This document shows positions 38,508 to 47,017 of a stretch of 64,000 nt of DNA, in pieces. Origin of the DNA: Dehalococcoidia bacterium (lineage in GTDB: Bacteria; Chloroflexota; Dehalococcoidia; Lucifugimonadales; UBA1127); contig DAOUJQ010000013.1 of NCBI GenBank assembly GCA_034422455.1, positions 98,110 through 162,109 on the forward strand. The letters run 5' to 3'. The position numbers and the translations under genes were made by a program. A model generated the notes under the pieces. It made no database searches. It was given only the letters and a program-made list of their open reading frames with translations, and had not been told where the DNA came from. Each line of letters opens with the position of its first letter. The first letter of the stretch is position 1.

Positions 38508-39187
38508 CCCCTACCCGTCGGGCACAGGTCCAGCAGCGGGCACTCCCCGCACAGCGGCGCCCGCTTGCGGCACGCCTCCTTGGCGAGGTTGTCCAGCAGC
38601 GCGTGGTACTCGTTGAACAGCCGCGCGTCCGGCGGCAGCACGTCCATGAACAGCCGCCGGTAGCTCTCGTACCGCTCCTCCGGCGCCGGCCTGCCCAGCC
38701 GCTGCAGGATGCGCCGCGTGTAGGCGTCCACCACGAAGGTCGGCCCGCCCGCCGCGTACAGCACGATGTCGTCCGCCGTCTCCTCGCCGATGCCGTAGAC
38801 GCCCAGCAGCTCCTCGCGCAGCGCCTCCCACGGCCGCGCGAGCATGGCGGCAAGGTCGCCGCTGTAGTGGTCGTACACGTGCCGGGCGAAGGCCTTCAGC
38901 TTGCGGGCCTTCGCGTTGAAGTAGCCCGACGCGTGGACAAGCTCCGCCAGCTCCTCCTGCGGCGTCTCGTGGATGCCCGCCAGCGACAGCCGTCCGGTCG
39001 ACCGCAGCCGGTGCATCGCCTTCTCCACGTTCGTCCACGCCGCAGACTGCGTCAGGATGGCGCCCACGCACACCTCGATGGGCGTCTCTGCGCCCGGCCA
39101 CCAGCCCTGCGGCCCGTAGGCGTCGTACAGGCGGCGGTAGACCTCGAGGAGGAACGCGCCGTCAGCCTTGCTCATGCGCGCCACCAT
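38495..39187 (-). CDS. endonuclease III-related HhH-GPD protein with [4Fe-4S] cluster loop
   Basis: HhH region (LLGVYGIGEETADDIVLY) and C-terminal CRKRAPLCGECPLLDLC. Confidence 0.8.
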   Translation of the reverse strand: MVARMSKADGAFLLEVYRRLYDAYGPQGWWPGAETPIEVCVGAILTQSAAWTNVEKAMHRLRSTGRLSLAGIHETPQEELAELVHASGYFNAKARKLKAFARHVYDHYSGDLAAMLARPWEALREELLGVYGIGEETADDIVLYAAGGPTFVVDAYTRRILQRLGRPAPEERYESYRRLFMDVLPPDARLFNEYHALLDNLAKEACRKRAPLCGECPLLDLCPTGRGDRS

Positions 39188-39210
39188 GCAGTCTTCCCTC
39201 GCCGCGCCTT

Positions 39211-39263
39211 GCCCAATCCGTTCGCCCTGAGGCTCTCGAAGGGGTTAAAGAACGGATTGGGCT
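39211..39263 (+). repeat. R1 repeat insertion flanked by a 19-nt direct duplication
   Basis: GCCCAATCCGTTCGCCCTGAGGCTCTCGAAGGGGTTAAAGAACGGATTGGGC (13-bp outer stem). CTCATGCGCGCCACCATGC occurs at 39171-39189 and again at 39284-39302. Confidence 0.9.
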
Positions 39264-39284
39264 GGCGCCTGCCCAGGATTCGAC

Positions 39285-40160
39285 TCATGCGCGCCACCAT
39301 GCCGCTGTCTCACGCTCCAGCGCGGCGAGGTCCGGGTACTCGCGCTCCACGCGTGCGACGTACTCCTCCGCTTCCGTCTCCGTGGGCGCAAGGTCCACGG
39401 TCGGCGCCGCTAGGACGTACACCGAGCGCGTCGAGGGCGGGAGCACGACGTCCACCGACAGCGCCTCCCAGTTGCGGTGGGCCAGGGCCGCCGAGAAGAC
39501 GGCAACGTACAGCTCCGGATCGTATCCCACCTCGACCGGCGCGGGGCCGTCATGCTCCACCGCCAACCCCGTTGCCGCCGCAAGCAGCTCACCCCACAGG
39601 ACCCGGAGCACGCCGGGCACGGCGTCGGCGCGCTCCCGCTCGTGGCGAGGCCGGTCGGTGGTAGCCGCCCGCGCGCTCTCGATCGCCTGCCGGACGGCGA
39701 CCGTCGGCACGGGCAGCAGGAACGCCGTATCGCCGGAGCTGAGGACGGACTCCGCGCCGTCGTCAGCCGGTCTGGCCAGCTCCACGAACCGATGCCCGAT
39801 GAGCGGCGTCTCGCCCACGAGGATGTCTCTCCCGCCGTCGTGCTCAGCGGCCCACGTTGCGACGGCGTCCCGAGCCCACAGCCCGGCGGCCCTGCGCAGC
39901 ACGGGATGCGTGATGCCGTCCGCCTCCGGGTAGCGCACCAGCAGCGAGGGGGCATCGAAGGGCCGCCGCGCGACGTCCCACTGCAACACGTACACCCGCC
40001 GGCCGAGGCGGTGCGCCTCCTCCGCCAGCTCCCGCAGTAACAGGCTCTTGCCCACCCCTGGCAGGCCGGCCACGAACACCATCCGGTGGCTCGCCGCGAA
40101 CGACCGCAACCTGACGAGGTGCGGGGCGTCAAGGGGATCGGTGGCGTTGGCGTCCGTCAT
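39285..40160 (-). CDS. hypothetical P-loop NTPase
   Basis: Walker A GLPGVGKS near the N-terminus. No further family assignment. Confidence 0.6.
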   Translation of the reverse strand: MTDANATDPLDAPHLVRLRSFAASHRMVFVAGLPGVGKSLLLRELAEEAHRLGRRVYVLQWDVARRPFDAPSLLVRYPEADGITHPVLRRAAGLWARDAVATWAAEHDGGRDILVGETPLIGHRFVELARPADDGAESVLSSGDTAFLLPVPTVAVRQAIESARAATTDRPRHERERADAVPGVLRVLWGELLAAATGLAVEHDGPAPVEVGYDPELYVAVFSAALAHRNWEALSVDVVLPPSTRSVYVLAAPTVDLAPTETEAEEYVARVEREYPDLAALERETAAWWRA

Positions 40161-40169
40161 GTCGCCATC

Positions 40170-40925
40170 CTACAGCAGCACCGGGGCTTCGGCGTCGAGG
40201 GTGATGGCCTCCGGGGTGACCAAGCACGTGAAGGCGTACGCCTCCACCCCTGCCGCGACGGCCTCCCGCAACGCCTCGCCGAACTCCGGGTCGTTGGCGT
40301 CGTACGGCGAGAGCCCGGTCGCGTCGTCCCGTTGGATGACAAACACCGCTGCGGCCCGATGGCCCTCCTCGACGGCCCGCACCAGCGTCGCGACGTGCTT
40401 GCGGCCGCGGTCGGTGGGCGCGTCCGGGAAGCGTGCGACGCCGTCCTGCACCAACGTCACCGACTTGACCTCGATGAAGCACTGCCCCTCAGCCGACGCG
40501 AGCACGAGGTCCAGTCGGCTGTCGTGGTAGCGCACCTCGCGGCGGCCGGTCTCGTACCCCGCGAAGTGCGGCAGCGTGCCGTCGCGCCACGCCTCCCACA
40601 CCAGCGCATTCGGCAGGCGGGTGTCGGCGCAGACGAGGATGCCGTCCTGCGGCACGCCGCTGCCGGCGCCGTACGCGGCGGCAGGCTCGCGCACAGCGTC
40701 GCTTCCTCGCCGGTCGGTCGCCACCAGGGCAAGGTCGTAGGCCGTCTTGCGGTGGGCCCCCGGCTGCTCCGTCAGGTAGCAGAGTGCGCCGGGCTGCAGC
40801 AGTTCGCGCATCCGGCCGGAGTTGGCGACGTGCACGGTGACCTCGCGCCCGTCCAGCGACACCGTCGCGGCGAAGCGGTTCAGCCGCCGGACGAAGCGGG
40901 CTTGCAGGAGTGGGGGAAAGCGCAT
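40170..40925 (-). CDS. sfsA: sugar fermentation stimulation protein A (SfsA nuclease-like)
   Basis: ARFVRRLNRFAATV..VHVANSGRM..CFIEVKSVTL. Confidence 0.9.
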   Translation of the reverse strand: MRFPPLLQARFVRRLNRFAATVSLDGREVTVHVANSGRMRELLQPGALCYLTEQPGAHRKTAYDLALVATDRRGSDAVREPAAAYGAGSGVPQDGILVCADTRLPNALVWEAWRDGTLPHFAGYETGRREVRYHDSRLDLVLASAEGQCFIEVKSVTLVQDGVARFPDAPTDRGRKHVATLVRAVEEGHRAAAVFVIQRDDATGLSPYDANDPEFGEALREAVAAGVEAYAFTCLVTPEAITLDAEAPVLL

Positions 40926-40932
40926 GGGACGC

Positions 40933-42348
40933 TCAGTCCCGCAAGTTGATGAACTTGAGCAGCCCCGGGTGGACCTCCCGGACGGCGTCCATCGCCTGCT
41001 GGGCGGCGTCGCGAATGGTGAAGTGCGCCTGCGGCTGCGTCCGCAGCTTGAAGTAGTGGTAGCACTCGCGGAGGTTCATGCGGGTGATCAGCCGCCGCAG
41101 GTGCGCGTGCGTCACCACGTACTCCGCCAGCCTCGGCGAGACCTCGGCGACGCACCCGTACGCCTCCGCCGAGACGCCCATCGCCTCGCCGTACAGCGCC
41201 GAGAGCCCGCTCTCCCGGAACAGCTCCGGCTCCACGTACCCCTCCGCCACCGTCAGCGGCTGCGGCAGGTACGACTGCATCCGGTGCCGCTTGAACTCCC
41301 GGTAGGCTCCGTAGTCCATAACGTACTCGAACGTGTACTCCACCTGCTCCAGCTCGCGCACCGTTGGGTCGTGCGGGCCCAGGCCCTCCATCGCCGCCGC
41401 GATGACCCCGGCCCGCTCCTCCGCCGACAGCGCCTCCGCGCGCCGCCGAACGGCGTCGTACGGCTCCTGCGCGTTCCGGTAGAGCATCGCCCCGACGAGC
41501 CTCGACTCCGCGTCCGCCGGGTAGTCGACCAGCCGCGCGGTCACGGGGCTCTCTCCGCCGGCCGCGGCCTGCGCAGGCGGCAGCAGCGTCGCCGCCCGCT
41601 CCCGCAGCGCGGCCCGGCTGCGCTCGATGTAGTCGTTCTTGTCCGCGTACCGCACCAGCGTCGGCGTGATGCTCTTGGCCTGCTCCTTCATCTCCTCGCC
41701 CAGCTCCCGCTCCTCCTGCAGGTCGGACGACAGCAGCTTGCGGACGGCGTGCTCCAGTGCGCGGGTGTTCATCGTGACGCCGACGTTGGTCAGCGTCGAC
41801 GCGGGCAACACGAACCGGCAGGCGTCGGTCGCGATGCGCCGCAGGCGGAGCCGGTACGCGCCGTCGCGCTCGTTCTCCCGCTGCGGGTTGACGCTCGCCA
41901 GGTAGGCCATGGTCCCGTCAACCAGCTGCTGGTACACGTCGAAGAGCCGCTGGCACGCCGCTACGTAGGCGCTGCCGGCCTCGGGCGCGGCGTCCAGCTC
42001 GGGAGGCGTGTAGAAGGCGTTGCGCTCCAGCACCTGGTACCGCGACGACTTCTCCGTGTACGACGCCAGGCGGTTGTCCTCCAGCGTGTCGCACGCCAGC
42101 CGCGAGACGTTCTCGACCGCCAGGTGCACGATCGCGTGCTCCGCGACCGACGCATGCCCGTAGCCGAGCACCCACCGCTCGTGGAAGTCCGACGCCTTCT
42201 CCGCCGTCACCATCTCCTTGATCTGGTCGAAGGGCTCCGGCCTCCGCGACGTCATGGCGAAGACGACGGCGAGCTCCTCTTCCGAGACCTCCTTGGGGTC
42301 AAGCGGATAGACGCGGCGCAAAAACTGGCTCTGCTCGGTGGTTGCCAT
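40933..42348 (-). CDS. thyX: FAD-dependent thymidylate synthase, tandem double-ThyX-domain form
   Basis: The N-half has GHASVAEH and SYTEKSSRYQ but DNR in place of RHR. The C-half has FKRHRMQS but no SxRY. Start trimmed to ATG 42348. Confidence 0.75.
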   Translation of the reverse strand: MATTEQSQFLRRVYPLDPKEVSEEELAVVFAMTSRRPEPFDQIKEMVTAEKASDFHERWVLGYGHASVAEHAIVHLAVENVSRLACDTLEDNRLASYTEKSSRYQVLERNAFYTPPELDAAPEAGSAYVAACQRLFDVYQQLVDGTMAYLASVNPQRENERDGAYRLRLRRIATDACRFVLPASTLTNVGVTMNTRALEHAVRKLLSSDLQEERELGEEMKEQAKSITPTLVRYADKNDYIERSRAALRERAATLLPPAQAAAGGESPVTARLVDYPADAESRLVGAMLYRNAQEPYDAVRRRAEALSAEERAGVIAAAMEGLGPHDPTVRELEQVEYTFEYVMDYGAYREFKRHRMQSYLPQPLTVAEGYVEPELFRESGLSALYGEAMGVSAEAYGCVAEVSPRLAEYVVTHAHLRRLITRMNLRECYHYFKLRTQPQAHFTIRDAAQQAMDAVREVHPGLLKFINLRD

Positions 42349-42659
42349 ACTCCCGTCCGGTGGGTTTATGGGGTTGTCCGTAGTGTACTCCAATCGGCGC
42401 CGAGAAAGGTTGGCCTGCAATGGGAGTTTCTGAGCGCCTTTCGAGCCAAAGCGCATGCCCCGATTAGTGGATGAACAGCTATGCTGAATCTTGACATTTG
42501 TTAGGGACTGTTATTAGCATTCCAAGTGAGGGGTGGTCGTTCGTGGCGGACGATTTCCCGCTTGGAAAGCAACAGCCTCGACGGCCTTCTCCTTCGATGG
42601 TCTTGGCACAGAATAGTCCCGGCAACAAAGCGAGAAACGCGGAGCCCAGGGGGTGGGCG

Positions 42660-43043
42660 ATGACAGAGCGTTTTCAGCAGGAAATCGAGGAGATCCTGGA
42701 GCAGTCGGAGGCGCTGCCGCCGCCGTCTCGCTCTAAGCGCGCACCGCAGTCGAAGGCCGACCGCAGCGGCTCCTCAGGCGCGGGCAGCTTCATCACCCCC
42801 GGCCGCGCCATCATCGCCGGCGTGCTGCTCCTCCTCACCTTCGCCCTCATCTTCGATGGCACCCTCGCGACGGCCTTCCTTTGGGCCGGCCTCGTCCTGG
42901 GCGTCCTGGGCTACGCCTTCATCTTCGCCCGCGCGGACCGCAAGGACAACAACCTGCACTGGCGCGGCAAGCCCGTGGAGTACGACTCCCCGCCGGGCGG
43001 CCCATCCTTCTGGGACAAGCTCAGGCGCCGCTTCCGCCGCTAG
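42660..43043 (+). CDS. hypothetical membrane protein
   Basis: GGGGGTGGG before ATG 42660. Hydrophobic segments (IIAGVLLLLTFALIF, FLWAGLVLGVLGYAFIF). Confidence 0.45.
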   Translation: MTERFQQEIEEILEQSEALPPPSRSKRAPQSKADRSGSSGAGSFITPGRAIIAGVLLLLTFALIFDGTLATAFLWAGLVLGVLGYAFIFARADRKDNNLHWRGKPVEYDSPPGGPSFWDKLRRRFRR

Positions 43044-43113
43044 GCGTCCCTCCCGCCCGGTTGCCCCCACCGTAGTCCCCGAATGGAGGACCTTGCGCGA
43101 GAGCGACAGGCAC

Positions 43114-43422
43114 TCACGCATCGATGACCCGTCGCAAGGCCTCGTTCATTCTCGTCTGCCAGCCCCTTCCGCTGGCGCGGAAGTAGGCGACAACCCCCGC
43201 ATCGAGCCGCAGCGTGACCTTTTCCTTCGTGGGAGCCTTCTGCTTGCCGCGTGCGCGCCGGTGTCGCTCCACGATATGCGGCACGGCTTCGACGGCGGGA
43301 CGAGCTCGCTGCCAATCCTCGTCCGTCCATTCAGGGGCGTCCGGGTCCAGCGCGATCTCGCGTTGGGTCGCCGCCTCTTCCGCATCGGTCGGAACGGCCA
43401 CCTCACGGCGACTCTGCAACAT
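43114..43422 (-). CDS. brnA: BrnA-family antitoxin
   Basis: C-terminal KVTLRLDAGVVAYFRASGRGWQTRMNEALRRVI. AAGGAGAGGAG before ATG 43422. Confidence 0.75.
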   Translation of the reverse strand: MLQSRREVAVPTDAEEAATQREIALDPDAPEWTDEDWQRARPAVEAVPHIVERHRRARGKQKAPTKEKVTLRLDAGVVAYFRASGRGWQTRMNEALRRVIDA

Positions 43423-43525
43423 ATCTGCTCCTCTCCTTTTTGCTCGCCAGCCGCAGGCTGATGATGCGTGTCTTGTCCCCACGCTCCGTGAATACAACGT
43501 TGGTCTTGTTCTTAGTCAGTTCCAT
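43403..43525 (-). pseudogene. brnT: 5'-truncated BrnT (DUF497) toxin remnant
   Basis: Only the C-terminal ~30 aa of the family remain (VVFTERGDKTRIISLRLASKKERSRY). The expected N-terminal ~60 aa are missing and replaced by AT-rich non-coding sequence. Confidence 0.55.
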
Positions 43526-43589
43526 TCGTATGACACGAATATATTGTACTGACAATATGATGGGGATACAAGCAAATAGGTTCACTGCC

Positions 43590-43635
43590 CACGCGCCAAA
43601 CCAAGAGGCCCCCGCCGCTATTGGCAGGGGCCTCT
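43590..43635 (-). terminator. putative intrinsic terminator downstream of the sulfite/nitrite reductase gene
   Basis: 9-bp GC-rich stem AGAGGCCCC/GGGGCCTCT (43604-43612 / 43627-43635), followed on the minus strand by TTGGTTTGG. Confidence 0.5.
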
Positions 43636-43658
43636 CTCGTCGCTCTTGTTCGCTGCCG

Positions 43659-45425
43659 CTACGCCGCGCACTCGCCCTCGCCGCGCTCCACCTTGTACAG
43701 CACGTCGCGGTTCCAGTCGATGTAGTAGTGGATCGTGTCGCGGCCCAGCTCCGGCACCGTGGACACGGGCCGCAGCATCTCCTCGTACGCCGCCGGGCCG
43801 ACGCGGTCCACGTAGTCGTTGAAGATCTCGCCGTCGGTGCGGTTCGCCACGTAGTCGTCGACGATGACCTTGACCGCCTCCTCGATGCGCTTGGACGGCA
43901 CCTTCATGCGCAGGTGGTGGCCGATGCGCACCGGCTTGATCTGGCTCCCGCCGACGTACACCTCGTACGCCGGCACCTGCGCGTTGCCGCTCTTGATCGC
44001 CGCGCCGTGGAAGCCGATGTTGCCCAGGTGGTGCTGTCCGCAGCCGTCCGGGCAGCCGGAGATGTTGATGCGGATGTTGCGGGCAAGCTCGTCGTCCGCC
44101 TTGTACTCGCTGAGGGCGTCCCACAGGTTGCCGGCGAGCCCCTGCGACGACGTGATGCCCAGCGAGCAGCTCTCCGTGCCGGGGCAGGAGACCACGTCGC
44201 TCAGCTCGTTGGCGCCGGGCTCCGCCATGCCCACGGCCGCCAGCTTCTCGTACAGCGCGTGCAGCGCGTTGTTGGGCACCCACTGCAGCGTCATGTCCTG
44301 CCGCAGCGTCATGCGGATGCTGCCCGCCAGCTCGCGGGAGATGTCCGCCAGCTGGAAGAACTGCTCGTCGGAGACGTTGCCCAGGCGCAGCTTGATGAAG
44401 ACGGCGCTGTAGCCGTCCTGCTTCTGGGTGATCACGTTGCTGCCCAGCCACCGCTCGAAGGCGGGGTCGTCCGGCGGGAAAGGCGGGTAGTCCTTCGCGG
44501 GAGGCGGGATGACGGGCTCGTACTCTCCGGCCGAGAGCTCGTCCAGGTCGTAGGTGACGTCGGCGAGCTCCTTCTCCATCACCTCCTCGACCATCTCGCG
44601 GAAGGCGTCGATGCCGATGCGGTTGATCAGCACCTTCACGCGGGCCTTCATCTTGTTCTTGCGGAGCTCGTCGGCCGCGTTGAACACCCGCAGGCATGCC
44701 TCCGAGACCTTCAGGAAGTCCTCGACGGGCACGAAGTCGTACAGCTCCTGCGCGATGAGCGGCTGAATGCTGGTCCCGCCGCCCACCACGATGCGGAAGC
44801 CCTTGCGCTCCACGCCGTCCACCTCGCGGATGACCGCGTGGAAGCCGATGTCGTGGATGGCCGTCATGACCCAGTCGTGGGTGCAGCCCGAGAAGGCCGT
44901 CTTCCACTTGCGGGGCATGTTGTTGGTGAAGTCGCGCCGCACGAAGTTGCGGACGTACGCGACGGCGTACGGCGACGGGTCGAAGACCTCCTCCGGGCAG
45001 ACGCCGGTCAGCGGGCAGCTCGTCACGTTGCGCACGGTGTTGCCGCACGCCTCGCGGCTGCCGAGTCCCGTCGTGCCGAGGGTGCGCATGACCTCCGCGG
45101 CGTCGTCCAGGTTGAGGAAGTGGTACTGCACGTTCTCGCGGGTGGTGATGTGCCCGCGCTTCAGCGGGGTATAGTCGCGCGCTATGCGGCCGAGCGACTC
45201 GAGCTGGTCGGGCGTCATTCGGCCCAGGGGCACCTTGACGCGCATCATCTGGTTGTCGGGCTGCCGCTGGCCGTAGACGCCCTGGCGCAGCCGGAACGCG
45301 CGGAACTCCGCCGCGTCCAGGTCGCCCGTGCGGAAGCGCTTGGCCTCGTTGTCGAAGTGGTCGATCTCCTCGGGAAGCACGGGGATGATGACGTTGGGCC
45401 TCCATCGGCTGTCCGTTGTGGTCAT
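43659..45425 (-). CDS. ferredoxin-dependent sulfite/nitrite reductase (siroheme-[4Fe-4S] family)
   Basis: Two NIR_SIR repeats. Cluster-binding Cys motifs ACGNTVRNVTSCP and SGCPDGCGQHHLGNIGFHG. Confidence 0.85.
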   Translation of the reverse strand: MTTTDSRWRPNVIIPVLPEEIDHFDNEAKRFRTGDLDAAEFRAFRLRQGVYGQRQPDNQMMRVKVPLGRMTPDQLESLGRIARDYTPLKRGHITTRENVQYHFLNLDDAAEVMRTLGTTGLGSREACGNTVRNVTSCPLTGVCPEEVFDPSPYAVAYVRNFVRRDFTNNMPRKWKTAFSGCTHDWVMTAIHDIGFHAVIREVDGVERKGFRIVVGGGTSIQPLIAQELYDFVPVEDFLKVSEACLRVFNAADELRKNKMKARVKVLINRIGIDAFREMVEEVMEKELADVTYDLDELSAGEYEPVIPPPAKDYPPFPPDDPAFERWLGSNVITQKQDGYSAVFIKLRLGNVSDEQFFQLADISRELAGSIRMTLRQDMTLQWVPNNALHALYEKLAAVGMAEPGANELSDVVSCPGTESCSLGITSSQGLAGNLWDALSEYKADDELARNIRINISGCPDGCGQHHLGNIGFHGAAIKSGNAQVPAYEVYVGGSQIKPVRIGHHLRMKVPSKRIEEAVKVIVDDYVANRTDGEIFNDYVDRVGPAAYEEMLRPVSTVPELGRDTIHYYIDWNRDVLYKVERGEGECAA

Positions 45426-45444
45426 GGTCCCTCCTTTGGCCCTT

Positions 45445-45481
45445 CAAAACAAAACCCCGCTCCGTGCAATGGCGAGCGGGG
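45445..45481 (-). promoter_or_regulatory. terminator-like hairpin plus U-tract inside the reductase leader
   Basis: Minus strand: CCCCGCTCgccattgcacgGAGCGGGG followed by TTTTGTTTTG. It ends ~19 nt before the start codon (SD AAAGGAGGG). Confidence 0.5.
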
Positions 45482-45563
45482 CTGCGCCGGAAGCGTTGTT
45501 CGGCTACCCCATTGTCGGTCGACAGCAGCAAACCGTGTTATGCAGTGTCATCATAGTGGGGCT

Positions 45564-45592
45564 AGTCTAGGATTCCCTGTGATTTGTGTCAA
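45564..45592 (-). promoter_or_regulatory. putative promoter of the reductase gene (TTGACA-N17-TAGACT)
   Basis: Minus-strand TTGACA (45592-45587), 17-nt spacer, TAGACT (45569-45564). Confidence 0.45.
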
Positions 45593-45662
45593 GCTGAGCC
45601 CAATAGCGCCGCATAGGCCGCAACCCCGGCGTCCGGGCGCCGTGCGACGATGCCCGCGCCCG

Positions 45663-46877
45663 CTAAAACGTCATCTCCAGGATGTAGAGCCCGCCCTTCA
45701 GCCGGTCGACGACGTACAGGATGCCGTTCTCGTCGATGAAGACGTCGTTGATGCCGTTGGCATCCGCGCCCTCCGGGATCGGCGGCACGAAGTACGCGAC
45801 CTCCTCGGGGCGGAAGGGGTTGCTCGTGTCGTACACCCTGATGCCGCCGTTGAAGAACGTGCCGAAGATCAGCGTCTCCGAGTGGAAGCAGGTGGGCCCC
45901 GGCTGGTTCTCGTAGACGTTGTGCGCCCCGTAGCGGCCGGGCCGGCTGAAGAAGTCGTCGAGGTCCGGCGTCGGGAACGTGCTGATGATCACCGGGTTGG
46001 TCTCGTCGCGGATGTCCACCATCCAGATCAGCTTGGGGTGGTCCTCGCCGCCCGTGCGCACCGACTCCTGGGTCACCACCATCAGGTCGCGGCCGAACAG
46101 CGGCAGCGCCGTGTGCGTGAAGCCGGGGAAGTTCGGCGCAAAGTTGAATTCGCTGACCACCGACGGGTTTGCAACGTCGGAGATGTCCAGGATGTTCGTG
46201 CCCCCGTCGATCCACGCGCAGTACGCCCTGTCCGGGCGTTCCGGGTAGACGTTGGCGTTGTGCAGCCGGTGCCCCGCGTCGAAGTAGGGGTTCCGCCGCG
46301 GCGGTGGCGCATCGTCGCCCTCCCGCGTGCCGGGCAACCACCAGCGGCCCGCCTCCTTTGGGCCGGTGGGGTCGCTGACGTCCACGATCATGTAGAGCTG
46401 GTCGTCCTTCTGGTCGCGGGGCTGGAAGTCGGCCGCGCCCGTGGAGAGGTGCGCGTAGTCGCCGTCGACCCACCACAGCACGTGGCAGCCCCGCGAGTAG
46501 GGCCCGCTCGTGTCGAGGAACCCGATGCGCCGGGGCTCCTCGACGTTGCTGACGTCGTAGACGCCCATGCCTGTGCCGGGCTGCCCCGGCTGCTGCGACT
46601 GGTACGCCACCAGCATTATGTCGTCGACGATGGACAGCGAGTTGGAGCGCAGGTGCGGGTGGTCCAAGTCTGTCTGCACGATGACCCTGGGGTTGGCGAT
46701 GTCCGTGACGTCCACGCCCGTGATGTCCTTGGGCGCGCTCTCGTGGGCCATGTAGAGGATGCGGCGTCCGTCCCTGCTCTGGTACAGGTGGACCCCCTCG
46801 CCGATGTTGCCGAAGCCGTTCAACAGGTGGTGGGAGATGAGCCTCATGTTGCGGATTTCCAGGTTCTGCATGACCAT
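45663..46877 (-). CDS. LVIVD-repeat beta-propeller protein
   Basis: Repeated motifs: GVDVTDIANPRVI, MGVYDVSNVEEPRRI, LYMIVDVSDPTGP, TNILDISDVANPSVV, LIWMVDIRDETNPVI, IRVYDTSNPFRPEEV. AAGGAGG before ATG 46877. Confidence 0.7.
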   Translation of the reverse strand: MVMQNLEIRNMRLISHHLLNGFGNIGEGVHLYQSRDGRRILYMAHESAPKDITGVDVTDIANPRVIVQTDLDHPHLRSNSLSIVDDIMLVAYQSQQPGQPGTGMGVYDVSNVEEPRRIGFLDTSGPYSRGCHVLWWVDGDYAHLSTGAADFQPRDQKDDQLYMIVDVSDPTGPKEAGRWWLPGTREGDDAPPPRRNPYFDAGHRLHNANVYPERPDRAYCAWIDGGTNILDISDVANPSVVSEFNFAPNFPGFTHTALPLFGRDLMVVTQESVRTGGEDHPKLIWMVDIRDETNPVIISTFPTPDLDDFFSRPGRYGAHNVYENQPGPTCFHSETLIFGTFFNGGIRVYDTSNPFRPEEVAYFVPPIPEGADANGINDVFIDENGILYVVDRLKGGLYILEMTF

Positions 46878-47017
46878 GGCGCCTCCTTTGGCTGCGGCCC
46901 TGCCCGCGTCCTCGCCCATACCGCGTAATCTACACCAGGACGGCGCCGAACCCAACGGGCCGGGGCACATTCCCCGCGAGCCGCTATAATGGCGGCAGGC
47001 TGAACACGGAGGCGGGC

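Noticed and set aside
43251-46928. 1225-aa plus-strand ORF, the longest in the track
   Set aside because: It is antisense to two genes with strong family signatures (the sulfite/nitrite reductase and the LVIVD-repeat protein). Its translation is a low-complexity R/A/G/V/H-rich string with no motif. Long stop-free antisense frames are expected in GC-rich DNA.
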